DNA of 63,043 nt, counting the filler, from Octopus bimaculoides (taxonomy: Eukaryota): assembly GCF_001194135.2 (NCBI RefSeq). It is 7 parts of 7 records of this genome, joined end to end, with 100 filler letters (N's around TTAATTAATTAA, not from the genome) between each part and the next. Parts side by side here need not be neighbours in the genome. Positions count along the whole stretch, not along the records: positions 16,323 to 31,013 come from NC_069001.1; positions 31,114 to 34,998 come from NC_069008.1; positions 35,099 to 50,659 come from NC_068997.1; 4 more parts are not named here. The stretch is one strand, 5' to 3'. The position numbers and the translations under genes were made by a program. Of this stretch, positions 25,649-37,454 are shown piece by piece. Positions within the stretch are counted from its first letter, which is position 1, and every line of letters begins with the position of its first letter. A model generated the notes under the pieces. The model ran no database searches and was not told where the DNA came from. It saw only the letters and a program-made list of their open reading frames with translations.

Positions 25649-26519
25649 GGTCTGATCAATAAGTATCCGGACTGTTGCCATAGTAACGAAGCTAAAGCAC
25701 ACAGAGTAAAGCTGCTGGGCAAAGATTGAGCATGCATTCTGCTGTACATGCACACTACGTTTTAACATTCTAGCTCACTTCCACTGTTTATAGCAGTATT
25801 TGGAAGGAAGGAAGGAGTGTAGCGTGTGATCATTGCATTGACCATGACAGAGAAAGATGTCATGGCAATACCTGTTCAGAGGCCAACACAAAGTTGCAGA
25901 AAGTGTATGGAGTGGAGTGTACAAGTGGTTCAGACGTTTCGAAGATGGCCAAAAAAATGTCAATATTGACAAGCATTCTGGGAGACCCGCAACCAGCAGA
26001 ACTGAGAAAAAGATCACAGATGTGTGTGCAGCTGGGAGGAGAAACCATCGAGTCCCTATCCATGAGTTATCAGAGGATGTGCTGATTAGTTACGGTACAG
26101 TTCAGTCCATTATCACTGAAGATTTGGGTATGAGATGAGTGTCTGCCAAGTTTGTGCCAAAACTGCTTTCAGCTGACCAAAAAGACACTTGCCTTTCAGT
26201 TGCACAAGATCTCCTTGATTGTGTCGAGAACGATGAAAACTTTTTGAAAATTTTGTGTAGAACTCTGAGCAGGTATCACCAAGCTTTTGGCAAAATTTGC
26301 TGCAGATTCTCTGCTCAACTTCCTGTATCATGACCAATGCAACGATCATATGCTACACATCTTCCTTCCAAGTACTGCTGTAAATGGCAGAGAGCTAGAA
26401 TGTTAAAACTTAGTGTGCATGCACAGCAGAATTTACGGTCAGCCTGTACCAAACAGCTTCACTTTGTATGATTCAGCTTCATTACTATAGCAACAATCCG
26501 GATACTTTTTGATCAGACC
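25649..26519 (+). mobile_element. Non-autonomous mariner derivative with long (about 250-280 bp) inverted arms
   Basis: Termini GGTCTGATCAATAAGTATCCGGAC and its near reverse complement. Internal HTH region VYKWFRRFEDG...HSGRPATS...EDLGMR*VSAKFVPKLL...DENFLK. No DDD catalytic domain. Confidence 0.85.
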
Positions 26520-26859
26520 AGTGCTTTTCTATGTCTGTCCCAAACAATATCCAGCTTGTTATGTTTAAACCTAACAAATATTTTCCTTTTGCTGATATTT
26601 GTGTACATATTTTAATAACAGGGGGATTCTCTACATTTATTCCAGAACAGTTTTTTTTTCCGGATGGCATTATTGTTTTTGTGACAACGTTGTATCACAT
26701 AGGGAGGTAGTACCTTGATGACATTTTTGGGCAGTTGCTAATCACATGTGTAATGTCTGTCTGTGTGTATGTATCTATATAATGTCTGTATGTACGATGC
26801 ACGTGTGCATGTATGTATGTACATAATTGTGTGTGATGTAAGCATGTGATGTATGTATA

Positions 26860-26893
<34 letters not shown>

Positions 26894-26917
26894 CATATTT
26901 TATTATTCTGACGTGAC

Positions 26918-26950
<33 letters not shown>

Positions 26951-27746
26951 TTATCTATCTGTCTTCCTCTATCTTTCTATCTATCCCTCTATCTACCTAT
27001 CTATNNNNNNNNNNNNNNNNNNNNNNNNNNNNNNNNNNNNNNNNNNNNNNNNNNNNNNNNNNNNNNNNNNNNNNNNNNNNNNNNNNNNNNNNNNNNNNNN
27101 NNNNNNNNNNNNNNNNNNNNNNNNNNNNNNNNNNNNNNNNNNNNNNNNNNNNNNNNNNNNNNNNNNNNNNNNNNNNNNNNNNNNNNNNNNNNNNNNNNNN
27201 NNNNNNNNNNNNNNNNNNNNNNNNNNNNNNNNNNNNNNNNNNNNNNNNNNNNNNNNNNNNNNNNNNNNNNNNNNNNNNNNNNNNNNNNNNNNNNNNNNNN
27301 NNNNNNNNNNNNNNNNNNNNNNNNNNNNNNNNNNNNNNNNNNNNNNNNNNNNNNNNNNNNNNNNNNNNNNNNNNNNNNNNNNNNNNNNNNNNNNNNNNNN
27401 NNNNNNNNNNNNNNNNNNNNNNNNNNNNNNNNNNNNNNNNNNNNNNNNNNNNNNNNNNNNNNNNNNNNNNNNNNNNNNNNNNNNNNNNNNNNNNNNNNNN
27501 NNNNNNNNNNNNNNNNNNNNNNNNNNNNNNNNNNNNNNNNNNNNNNNNNNNNNNNNNNNNNNNNNNNNNNNNNNNNNNNNNNNNNNNNNNNNNNNNNNNN
27601 NNNNNNNNNNNNNNNNNNNNNNNNNNNNNNNNNNNNNNNNNNNNNNATATATATATATATATATATTTGTGTGTGTATATGTATGTATGTATGTATGTAC
27701 GTATGTATGTATGTGCATGTGTTTACGTGAATATATTATCTATCTA

Positions 27747-27790
<44 letters not shown>

Positions 27791-28422
27791 TATTATATGT
27801 GTATGTGTGTATATGTTATATATACACACACACACAGTAGCTATGTAATCTGAATCTGTGATCTGGGTGTTACAGTTGAGTCAGCTAACATCAATTTAAC
27901 ACAATTTGTTAAATATTTGACACCCCTTCCCCCACCCCGAACCCCCCTCAACAAAATCTTTTGTTGACGTTGATGTTGTTGTTGTGTGTGTTATGTGTGC
28001 ATATGTGTGTGTATGTGTTTGTATGTGGGAGTAGAGTCATTATGTACATGTAGTTGTCTGCATATGTGTGTGCGGTATTTCTTCTGTGAGTATAAAAGTA
28101 TGTGTGTGTATGTGTGTGTATGTGTGTGTGAGTGTGTGTGTGTGTGTGTGTGTTTCTTTGAGTGTGTACGTATGAGTGTGTTTGGATATGTGTGTGTGTA
28201 TGTGTGCGATTTTGTGAGTGTATGTGAATGTATGTTTCTTTGAGTGTGTATAAGTGTATGTGTGATTGTATATATGTGTGTTTATGTGTGCTTGTGTTTG
28301 CATGTGTTTGTATGTGCAAGCAATATCACTATGACACATGTGGGTGTCTGTATGTATGTGGTGGGGATGTTTATTAGTGTTTGTGTGTGTGTTTATGTTC
28401 AAATGCATGTCTATATTTATAT

Positions 28423-28499
<77 letters not shown>

Positions 28500-28678
28500 A
28501 ATTTTCTTTTCCACAAATTACATGTTTCATTTCTTGTTACACTGTCTGTCACATATCTGTTACAGTTAATATATGTATCATCCTGATAAGAAAAACAACA
28601 ACAATATCAACTACAATTGGAACAACAATAACAACAAAGATGGCTTATGGTCAATCTCCACCCCCTCATTAAATTATA

Positions 28679-29157
28679 ACAGGGTGTTCAGACTAAATTT
28701 GACAGTCAGCATAAAAGGAAAAGAAAAGACAATATCCCATCCAAAAATAAATGTATTTTAAAAATTTAAAAAATCAACTAGATTATGACTGAAAGATAAG
28801 TTTACCCAAAGTAGCTGCCCTCAGGTTCCACCACAGCCTCAAGACAGCTCCAGAGCCTGGCCTATATGTTCCTCACTGTGTCCGTGGGAAGATCTTCAAA
28901 TACCTCCTTGATCTTGGCCACCAGCTTGGACTTGGTGTCTTTCTAAACTGTACCCCACACATAGCAATTAATAGGATTACAATCAGGGGAATTAGGAGGC
29001 CAGAAATTGGGGCTAGTGAAGTCGTAGAAATTCTCCTTTAATCACTTCTGTCTCTTTCCAGAGGTGTATGACAAGGAGCTGAATCCTGCTGCCACACATA
29101 TGGCCTTCCAGCAGCCAGAGTTTAATCTCAGTTTCCAGCAGCTTCACATAGTCATCT
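28679..29157 (-). mobile_element. maT/DD37D-type Tc1-mariner transposase 3' fragment with one end
   Basis: Minus strand reads YVWQQDSAPCHT...WPPNSPDCNPINCYVWG...LEAVVEPEGSYF, with stops. CAGGGTG terminus at about 28680. Confidence 0.75.
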
Positions 29158-29159
29158 AA

Positions 29160-29345
29160 ATGTCTTTTCTGCTTCTCTCCAATTGAATCCCTGCTTTTTC
29201 AGCTCTGCCTCAATATCTCTGCTTCCAGTAATTTTTAGGGCACCTTCTCATCCACTTCCTTTGTGTGTTCCAGGTCAGGTCTTGACAAGTAATGCAGGAT
29301 GGTTTCTTTAAGGTGTGGCCAATACATCTTATGTTTCCTTGTGGA
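29160..29345 (-). mobile_element. RTE-like LINE 3' coding fragment
   Basis: IGHTLKK...DLTWN...resembles the RTE WIGHTLRK...ALTWNPQGKR region. Confidence 0.5.
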
Positions 29346-30618
29346 AAGGCCTTCCATTCCCAGATTTCATTGGTTTTGAATTGTCATTGATGCTTCTGTA
29401 ACTTTGCTTTTTATGCATGTAAGTGGCACATAAAAAGCACCTTTCGAATGTTGGGCCTCATGGAGGCCATGACAAAGGACTGAGACCTTTGGCAATATGC
29501 TGTGCTTGAGTAGAAGACTCTTCAAGCCAAGTGAAATCATAGTTGTGAAAGATACTGGTGTCATGTAACTGGCACCCATGCTGGTGGCATGTGAAAGCAC
29601 CCATTACACTCTTGGAGCGTTTGGTGTTAGGAAAGGATGTCACTATCATTTATTATCGACTTGGTACCCATAGCTGAGGCCTCAGTCTGTCATTAATGAC
29701 CATGGGTGGAGGTCCTAGTTGTCTACCCTTCTGGGACAATATTGTCTGTGGCTGAACAGTCTGATGCATGAATGATAGTCCCTGCTACTCAAGCCACTCT
29801 TGCAGGCTGTCCTGGTGCTATTTGTGTTGTACTGTTCTCTTCTATCTCTCCTGTATAGAGTGCTTCAAAGGATCCACTTCTGAGCAGTAAGAATGGAGGA
29901 CAGCTTGTTACCTAGAAGCATACACTATCCTCCCAACATCCCTGATAGATCCAAAGAAACAGCACAGCCATTATAATCCGGAACAGGTGTCATTATAGGA
30001 GTTGCCACAATGAGGTTACAGACAACATCAAACTTATTCAGAGGTTCCAGCACTTTTTCCTCAGGGCTTACTTCTCCAAGAGTCTCTGAAACTGTTTAGC
30101 ATGCAGATTATTCTGTCAAAAGTAATGCTTATTTATTCCAAATGTTTTGAATTAGCCATGCATTACCTTGATGATATGATCATTAATTTTTAGAATAGCA
30201 TTGTAGGGTTGGTGTGAGAGGCTTGATCTGGTCAGTTTGAACAGAAAACAGGTAAAATATTTAGGCCTGATATGGTTGGTTTTAATGTTAAAAGGTTAAA
30301 AGCAGCCCTTTGTTCACGACCAGTCCTGATTGTGATTAAAGAATAAAGGAACAAGTATGCATATAGGGCTTAATTATAAAACTAGGGGCTACCATATTAA
30401 ATGAAATTAGCAAAGAAACTGTAATAGTCATTAATGATGTGAACAATCATTGATCTCTGTCACAAATTAGGGTGTCTCCATTGTTAATATGACCTTTGAC
30501 CTACTGTTACTGAGGTCATAAGTTCAAACTGCTAAAAGTAAATCTGCATCATCAGTGATTTTTAGACAAACTAGCAATCGATGTTTTTTTTCACTATATT
30601 TCTACCCATCACCCTTTG

Positions 30619-30690
<72 letters not shown>

Positions 30691-30780
30691 AAACAAATAA
30701 TAAATGAGTATATGCATATATACGTACAGGTATACACACACACACACACACACATAGATACATACATACAGACAGACAAG

Positions 30781-30831
<51 letters not shown>

Positions 30832-31163
30832 GAACAGGAGGGATATAATATCCAGGCAGATTCCGAATTTCTCTATGTAAAATACCAAGGCTGGTTCCTT
30901 CAAACAGTACATTTTATGGTAAACTTCCTCTAACTTCCATCTGAAGTTACAGCCTATTTCTTGGCTATACTAATATATCTGTTTGTTTTCTACACCACCT
31001 GTCTTCGTCTGTTNNNNNNNNNNNNNNNNNNNNNNNNNNNNNNNNNNNNNNNNNNNNTTAATTAATTAANNNNNNNNNNNNNNNNNNNNNNNNNNNNNNN
31101 NNNNNNNNNNNNNCAGGCCATACTGAGGCCTTTCTTCTTTCTGCTGCTGTCTTCAGTTATGGC

Positions 31164-31164
<1 letters not shown>

Positions 31165-31213
<49 letters not shown>

Positions 31214-34200
31214 CTTTTAATCTGCATGTTTGTTACAATCACTCACTGAGACACACCTAACATCCTAGGGTGAGTGAAGTCTAAGAGGTGTTAGAGTATG
31301 ACTGAAAGCTTGAGGAGGGCAAGTGGCAGGGGCAGCAGCGAAATATCTTCATGTAATACAACACAGACATTTAAATTGATAGGGTTTTTCTAAGGATGTG
31401 GGCAGTACTTGTCAGCACAATCTTTTGAATTTTTCTGAGACATGGTTCTCTTGGGATATTATCTAGATGTTTCTGACATCCCTTTCTTATCCTACCAAGG
31501 GCACCCACAATACCAGGAACAGTTCTTGCTTTAAGTTGCCACATCTTTTGTATTTCAATGTCCAGGTCCTTATATTTACTTAATTTGTTCATGTCCTTAT
31601 ATTTACTTAATTTGTCAAATTTGATCGGTCCTGACAGATACATTTATGTCAATTGGAACAGTTATATCAATGAGGAGGCATGATTTTTGTCTGAAGTCTT
31701 TCAATATAATGTCTGGCCTCTTCGCATCTATTTTTCTGTCACTTTGAACGATGAAGTTCCAGAGGAGTGAGATGTGATCATTTTCAAGCACTGGAGGTGG
31801 TTTATGTTCCCACCAGTTTTTATCATGGCCAGGTTTTTGCAAATTACCCAATGAATATATTGTGCTGCTCTATCATGCCTGTTGAGATACTCTGTAGGTG
31901 CAAGAAGACTGCACATGGAGACAACATGATCAATGGTTTCATTTCGTTGTTGACATACACGACATGTTGGACTATTGCCGTTCTTTAATATGTTGGCCTG
32001 GTAGTTCTATGTAGGTAGGCATTCATCTTGGGCTGCTATGATAAACTCTTCTGTTTCTGATTTTAAGCCAGAAGACACTAACCATTGATGGGTAAGGGCT
32101 TTGTCAACATTGGCACTATTAGCTCTCTTTGGGTATTTGCCATTGAGAGGCTTTTCTTGCCATTTATCAGTAACAATATCTAAAGCAGAATTTTTAGCAT
32201 GGGTTTCATGCACTTAGCTTTTTCTGTGCTTGTTTCCAGTATGTCTAATTCTGGAAGTTGTTGTATTCAGAATGTATTTAGATATTCCTTTGCCAGTTAT
32301 CCGAGTTTTTCAGGTAGGTGTCTAGGCCAATTGTGGCAATCTTCATTGTTAATAACAGTTGTAAAAGTCCATGGCCACCCTCTTTTCTAGGCAGGTAAAG
32401 TCGTTCTATATCTGCCTTAGGATGGAGCATTCTATGCATTGTCAACAATTTTCGTATTTTTCTGTCAAGATTACATATATTAGTAATTGACCAGTTAACG
32501 ATATTGAAACTGTAAATCACGACTGGTATGGCTAAAGTATTGTTCACTTCAATCCCGTTTCTTGCATTCAGTTCTGTCTTGAATATTGCTCTTACTCTGC
32601 GATAACATTCTCTTCTGATTCTTTCCCTCATCACTGAATGTTTGATTCTGTCCCTTTCAAATACCCCTAGGTATTTGTAGCTCTCCTCTGGTTCTAACTT
32701 CTTTATGACATTCTGCTAGTCAAGATTAACATTGGATGTTTCTGTCATTTTTCCTTTGATAAAGGTAGCTTTTGCACATTTATTGAGGCCAAATTGCATC
32801 CTGATGTCATCACTGAATTGTCTAACAATTGCTAGTAAGCCCTGTAGTTGTTGGTCATTTTTGGCAAAGAGCTTTAAATCGTCCATATAAATGAAATTAT
32901 TTATATTTTTATCAAACATTTTATAGCTGTACTGTACATCATCAAGAAATCTCAAGAGAGGCATTCAGAATAGACAAAAGAAAGTCACCCTGGAAAATGT
33001 CACATGAAATTCTTACATTTCCAACATTGAGAGATTCATTGTCACTGTTCAAAGTTAGTGTGGTTTTCCATGATCTCATACTTATAGACAAGAAGTTTCA
33101 CAGAGTAGGTACTATTTTATACATATCCAGACATTTCTTAATCCAGCTATGTGGTAAACTATCAAAAGCTTTTTTGCAGTCTATCCAGGCTATTGACAAG
33201 TTTTTGTGTCATTTTATTGATGAGTAGCTGATCTTTACGACAATAGGACCCACATTTACACCCTTTTTGCTCATTAAGGAATATGTCTCTTTCTATTAAA
33301 AAGACTATAGATATATTTAATCAAGACAGATGTTAGTATTTTATACATTGTTGTTAAATAGGTTATGGGTCTATAATTTTTTGGTTCATTTGTTTCTTCA
33401 TTTTTTGGAAGTCAGAATGTAACACCATTAACTAGCCCAAAGAGAATCATACTAGGTTGTTGCAAAACATTGTTGTCAAGTTTTGGAGAAGGTATTCAAC
33501 CAAAAGTTACGAATTTTATCCTTTCCTGGAGACTCCCATTTGCTTTGACTTCCTGAGAGCAGATCTTACATCCTCTACCTTGATACCCTCCCACTTTTGC
33601 TCCAAGTGGCATTTTCATTGTGTGTTTTTCCCTCTACCCAAATTTCATTCCAAAATTCCTGTACATCTTCTTTTGATGGCACAGACTTTACTGTAGCTGG
33701 TATTTTCCCTATCTTCCTGTAAAAATTTTTGGGCTATTTTTGAACATGTTCTTCTTGAAGAATCTAACATGCTTTTCAATCCGTGCTATGCAGGCAGCTT
33801 TAGCACATATCTTTTGCTTGATAGTTTCTATAGTGGTATCAATGTCAAGTATGGTTTTCATATTATATATTTTCTTTAATTTTTGGATTTTTGTTGGTTT
33901 GACAGTCTTGTTTTTTAAAACATTCTATGTCGGACCTAAGTAGCTGAATTTGGTGGTGAATACACTCTTGCCGCCAAGTAGGCTTTTTGAGGGAATGCTG
34001 TTGTTTTTTATTCTTTTCACTACATAGAATCGATGAGATTTTCGCAGATGCATATTACAGGTGGTTGAGATCTGTTATATCAACATCATTAGCTGAAATT
34101 ATACCAATTACTATTAAGTTTTGGTTGGAATTGCAAATTTTTGAGAGAGTGTCACATTCATCCATACTGGTTTCTTTAATTTTTAGCCATTCAATCATGG

Positions 34201-34640
34201 TTTGATTTTTTAGATCATGTAGCTTTGTTGGGTCAATTTCTGTGTGGCTTTCTTCATCTATTTGATTTTCATCTGCCTTAGTGTTTATGGTTGGTTCAGA
34301 GAGCATTTCACTTTGTTTATCAGTTACATTAACTCTTTCAATCATTATTGCATTTTTATCAGAGCTGGGTTGGTCTGTAATTTATTTCCTCTGTAGTATC
34401 ATCTTTAGCTGCAACTTTGTTCCTTTTTATCCTTTACTGATTGTTTAATTTAGTCAATCAGTTAGTAATTTCTTTTTCATAATGTTTCTTCTGACGTTGG
34501 CAATTTTGTTACTATGTAGGGTCTTATTTCAAGATGCTTCTGTCTCCAGTTTAAGTAGGTTTGTAAGGAAATACATGGCATGATAGAAGGCCTTAAGAAC
34601 TTCTTTATTGTCTCCCCTAGACCATTTTTCATTCTACTAT
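31165..34640 (-). mobile_element. Near-full-length decayed non-LTR retrotransposon, R4/Dong clade (RT + CCHC + restriction-like endonuclease)
   Basis: Minus-strand fragments in order: KWSRGDNKEVLKAFYHA (5' end), ANVRRNIMKK, GIFQGD, YMDDLKLF, C-x2-C-x7-H-x4-C (CRVCQQRNETIDHVVSMC), RPDIILKD...LLIDITVP, KLSKYKDL, QKIVLTSTAHILRKTLSI*. Then a 3' UTR and (TAA)n tail at 31165-31211. Multiple stops and frameshifts. Confidence 0.9.
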
Positions 34641-34648
34641 TGTTGTTG

Positions 34649-34651
<3 letters not shown>

Positions 34652-34698
<47 letters not shown>

Positions 34699-34805
34699 TT
34701 ATGTTTGACTTTTGCTTTGCATTTGTACAAGTTGGACCCAAGCCTCACCCAGAGACCTCAAGAGACAACAAGTTAGAAGTTCATGTAGGATTTTAACATT
34801 TAGAC
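34652..34805 (-). mobile_element. Probable 3' UTR remnant of a third R4-like family with (TAA)n tail
   Basis: About 105 bp of unique sequence between two (TTA)n arrays. Carries a TCTC-x-G-x-TGAG motif and an AAAAGT pre-tail similar to the 3' UTR of the long element. Confidence 0.45.
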
Positions 34806-34806
34806 G

Positions 34807-34998
34807 TTATTATTATTATTATTATTGTTGTTCAGTAGTTTTATTTTTATAACGTGCTTTCACTTCACTACCGAGCGCAGCTCTGTGTGCCTTGGGTAGA
34901 TGCTGTGGTTTGCTGTGATGCTCTTATGGTTACTGTATTGAAAGTGTTTTGCGTAGGATGTGTGTAGTGCCCAGTAGTGCAATTTTCTGTATGTTATA
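34807..34998 (-). mobile_element. 3' end of a second R4/Dong-like family (5' side lost in gap)
   Basis: Encodes YNIQKIALLGTTHILRKTLSIQ*, followed by a 3' UTR and (TAA)n tail. Near-identical to 60377-60603. Confidence 0.8.
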
Positions 34999-35098
34999 NN
35001 NNNNNNNNNNNNNNNNNNNNNNNNNNNNNNNNNNNNNNNNNNTTAATTAATTAANNNNNNNNNNNNNNNNNNNNNNNNNNNNNNNNNNNNNNNNNNNN

Positions 35099-35233
35099 AG
35101 TAGTAGTAGTAGTAGTGGTGCTGGTAGTGATAGTGGCGGTGGTGGTGGTGGTGGTAGTAGTAGTAGTAGTAGTGGTGGTGCTGGTAGTGATAGTGGTGGT
35201 GGTGTTGGTAGTAGTAGTAGTAGAAGTAGTAGC

Positions 35234-35283
<50 letters not shown>

Positions 35284-35428
35284 AGCTGGTAGTGATAGTG
35301 GCGATGGTGGTGGTAGTAGTAGTAGTGGTTGTGGTTCTGGTTGTAGCAGCAGCAGCAGCAGCAGCAACAGTAGCAGCTGTTGGTAAGGTTGCTGTTGCTG
35401 TTGTTGTTGTTGTTGTTGTTGTTGCTGA
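35099..35428. repeat. Compound trinucleotide low-complexity tract (GTA/GTG/GCA/GTT)
   Basis: Directly visible. Confidence 0.9.
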
Positions 35429-35609
35429 TTAGTTTCTAAATGCAGTTGCCTTCAACTGTGACGTTGTATTGCCAAGTCCCCGGACGTGAGCTGTATGAAT
35501 GAACGATGACCTAATGTTTTATTACATATATTTTGTATTTCTAATTGTGTTTTTCCTTTGTGCCGGTGTTTGTTTTTATTTGTTTTGTTTATTCTTAGAG
35601 GGGTGGGGG

Positions 35610-35775
35610 TTGTGGGGACGTTGATTGTTGGTAAGTCGTAGCCGATGGCGTCGGCGGCTGCGACGGTCGTGGTGGTGGTGGTGGTGGTGGTGATTACTGT
35701 AATGTTTGTGATCTCCGAAAGAGGGGCACGTCGTTAAAATTTCCGAAAATTGCATTTCAGGCCGATAATTGAAAT
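35610..35775. promoter_or_regulatory. Small CpG island, candidate promoter
   Basis: Dense CpG (GCCGATGGCGTCGGCGGCTGCGACGGTCG) at the right edge of a CpG-poor domain. Confidence 0.35.
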
Positions 35776-36171
35776 TGCGTGTGTATGTATGTATGCATGC
35801 ATGCATGTATGTATGTATGTTCGTATGTTTGTATGTATGTATGTATGTGTGTATGCATGTATGTATGTATGTTTGTATGTTTGTATGTTTGTATGTATGT
35901 AAGTGTGTGTAGGTTTGTAAACACATCCATACGTATGTATATGTGTATATATAAATATATATATATATNNNNNNNNNNTGCGTGTGTGTACCCAGATGTG
36001 CTACGATCTCTGTTTGAGTTAGAACTCTTCGTAGATTACCATTATCCGGTCGGTTTCCTGTATAGTCGTTAGTCGACCACTGTAATTGGGAGCATTGCTA
36101 GACATGTGTTTTCCAACACAAACACGCACACGCACACACATACACACACACACATACACACACATATATAC

Positions 36172-36325
36172 ATGACGGGCTTCTTTTAGTTTGTGTCTAC
36201 CAAATCCACTCACAAGGCTTTGGCTGGCCCAAGGCTATAGTAGTAGACGCCTAAGGTGCCACACAGTGGGACTGAACCCAGAAGCATGTGGTTGGGAAGC
36301 AAGCTTCTTACCACACAGCCACGCC
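36172..36325 (-). mobile_element. SINE family 1 head, CpG-decayed
   Basis: Reverse complement of the family 1 head with several CG>TG/CA changes. Confidence 0.8.
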
Positions 36326-37423
36326 AGCATTTATTTTTGTTGGGTTTTTTTTTTCTTCTTGTCTTGAATCTGCTTCATTAGCGATAAGCTGAGCCTTAAA
36401 ACAACAAGAAAACACATAAATAGTATTAACAAACAATAAAGACCTTAATGAAGTTTGGTGGGTAAACTGAACGAGTAAGTGTATCGCCATTTTACGATAG
36501 CAGTTCAAAAGCAGACTTTGTTGACCNNNNNNNNNNNNNNNNNNNNNNNNNNNNNNNNNNNNNNNNNNNNNNNNNNNNNNNNNNNNNNNNNNNNNNNNNN
36601 NNNNNNNNNNNNNNNNNNNNNNNNNNNNNNNNNNNNNNNNNNNNNNNNNNNNNNNNNNNNNNNNNNNNNNNNNNNNNNNNNNNNNNNNNNNNNNNNNNNN
36701 NNNNNNNNNNNNNNNNNNNNNNNNNNNNNNNNNNNNNNNNNNNNNNNNNNNNNNNNNNNNNNNNNNNNNNNNNNNNNNNNNNNNNNNNNNNNNNNNNNNN
36801 NNNNNNNNNNNNNNNNNNNNNNNNNNNNNNNNNNNNNNNNNNNNNNNNNNNNNNNNNNNNNNNNNNNNNNNNNNNNNNNNNNNNNNNNNNNNNNNNNNNN
36901 NNNNNNNNNNNNNNNNNNNNNNNNNNNNNNNNNNNNNNNNNNNNNNNNNNNNNNNNNNNNNNNNNNNNNNNNNNNNNNNNNNNNNNNNNNNNNNNNNNNN
37001 NNNNNNNNNNNNNNNNNNNNNNNNNNNNNNNNNNNNNNNNNNNNNNNNNNNNNNNNNNNNNNNNNNNNNNNNNNNNNNNNNNNNNNNNNNNNNNNNNNNN
37101 NNNNNNNNNNNNNNNNNNNNNNNNNNNNNNNNNNNNNNNNNNNNNNNNNNNNNNNNNNNNNNNNNNNNNNNNNNNNNNNNNNNNNNNNNNNNNNNNNNNN
37201 NNNNNNNNNNNNNNNNNNNNNNNNNNNNNNNNNNNNNNNNNNNNNNNNNNNNNNNNNNNNNNNNNNNNNNNNNNNNNNNNNNNNNNNNNNNNNNNNNNNN
37301 NNNNNNNNNNNNNNNNNNNNNNNNNNNNNNNNNNNNNNNNNNNNNNNNNNNNNTATGTGTTAAAATGTGTGTGCTTGATTATATAAAAACACAAATACAT
37401 ACATACATACATACATACATACA

Positions 37424-37454
<31 letters not shown>

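Noticed and set aside
31572-31620. Short tandem duplication (KLSKYKD twice) in the R4 endonuclease region
   Set aside because: Post-insertion slippage in a dead element.
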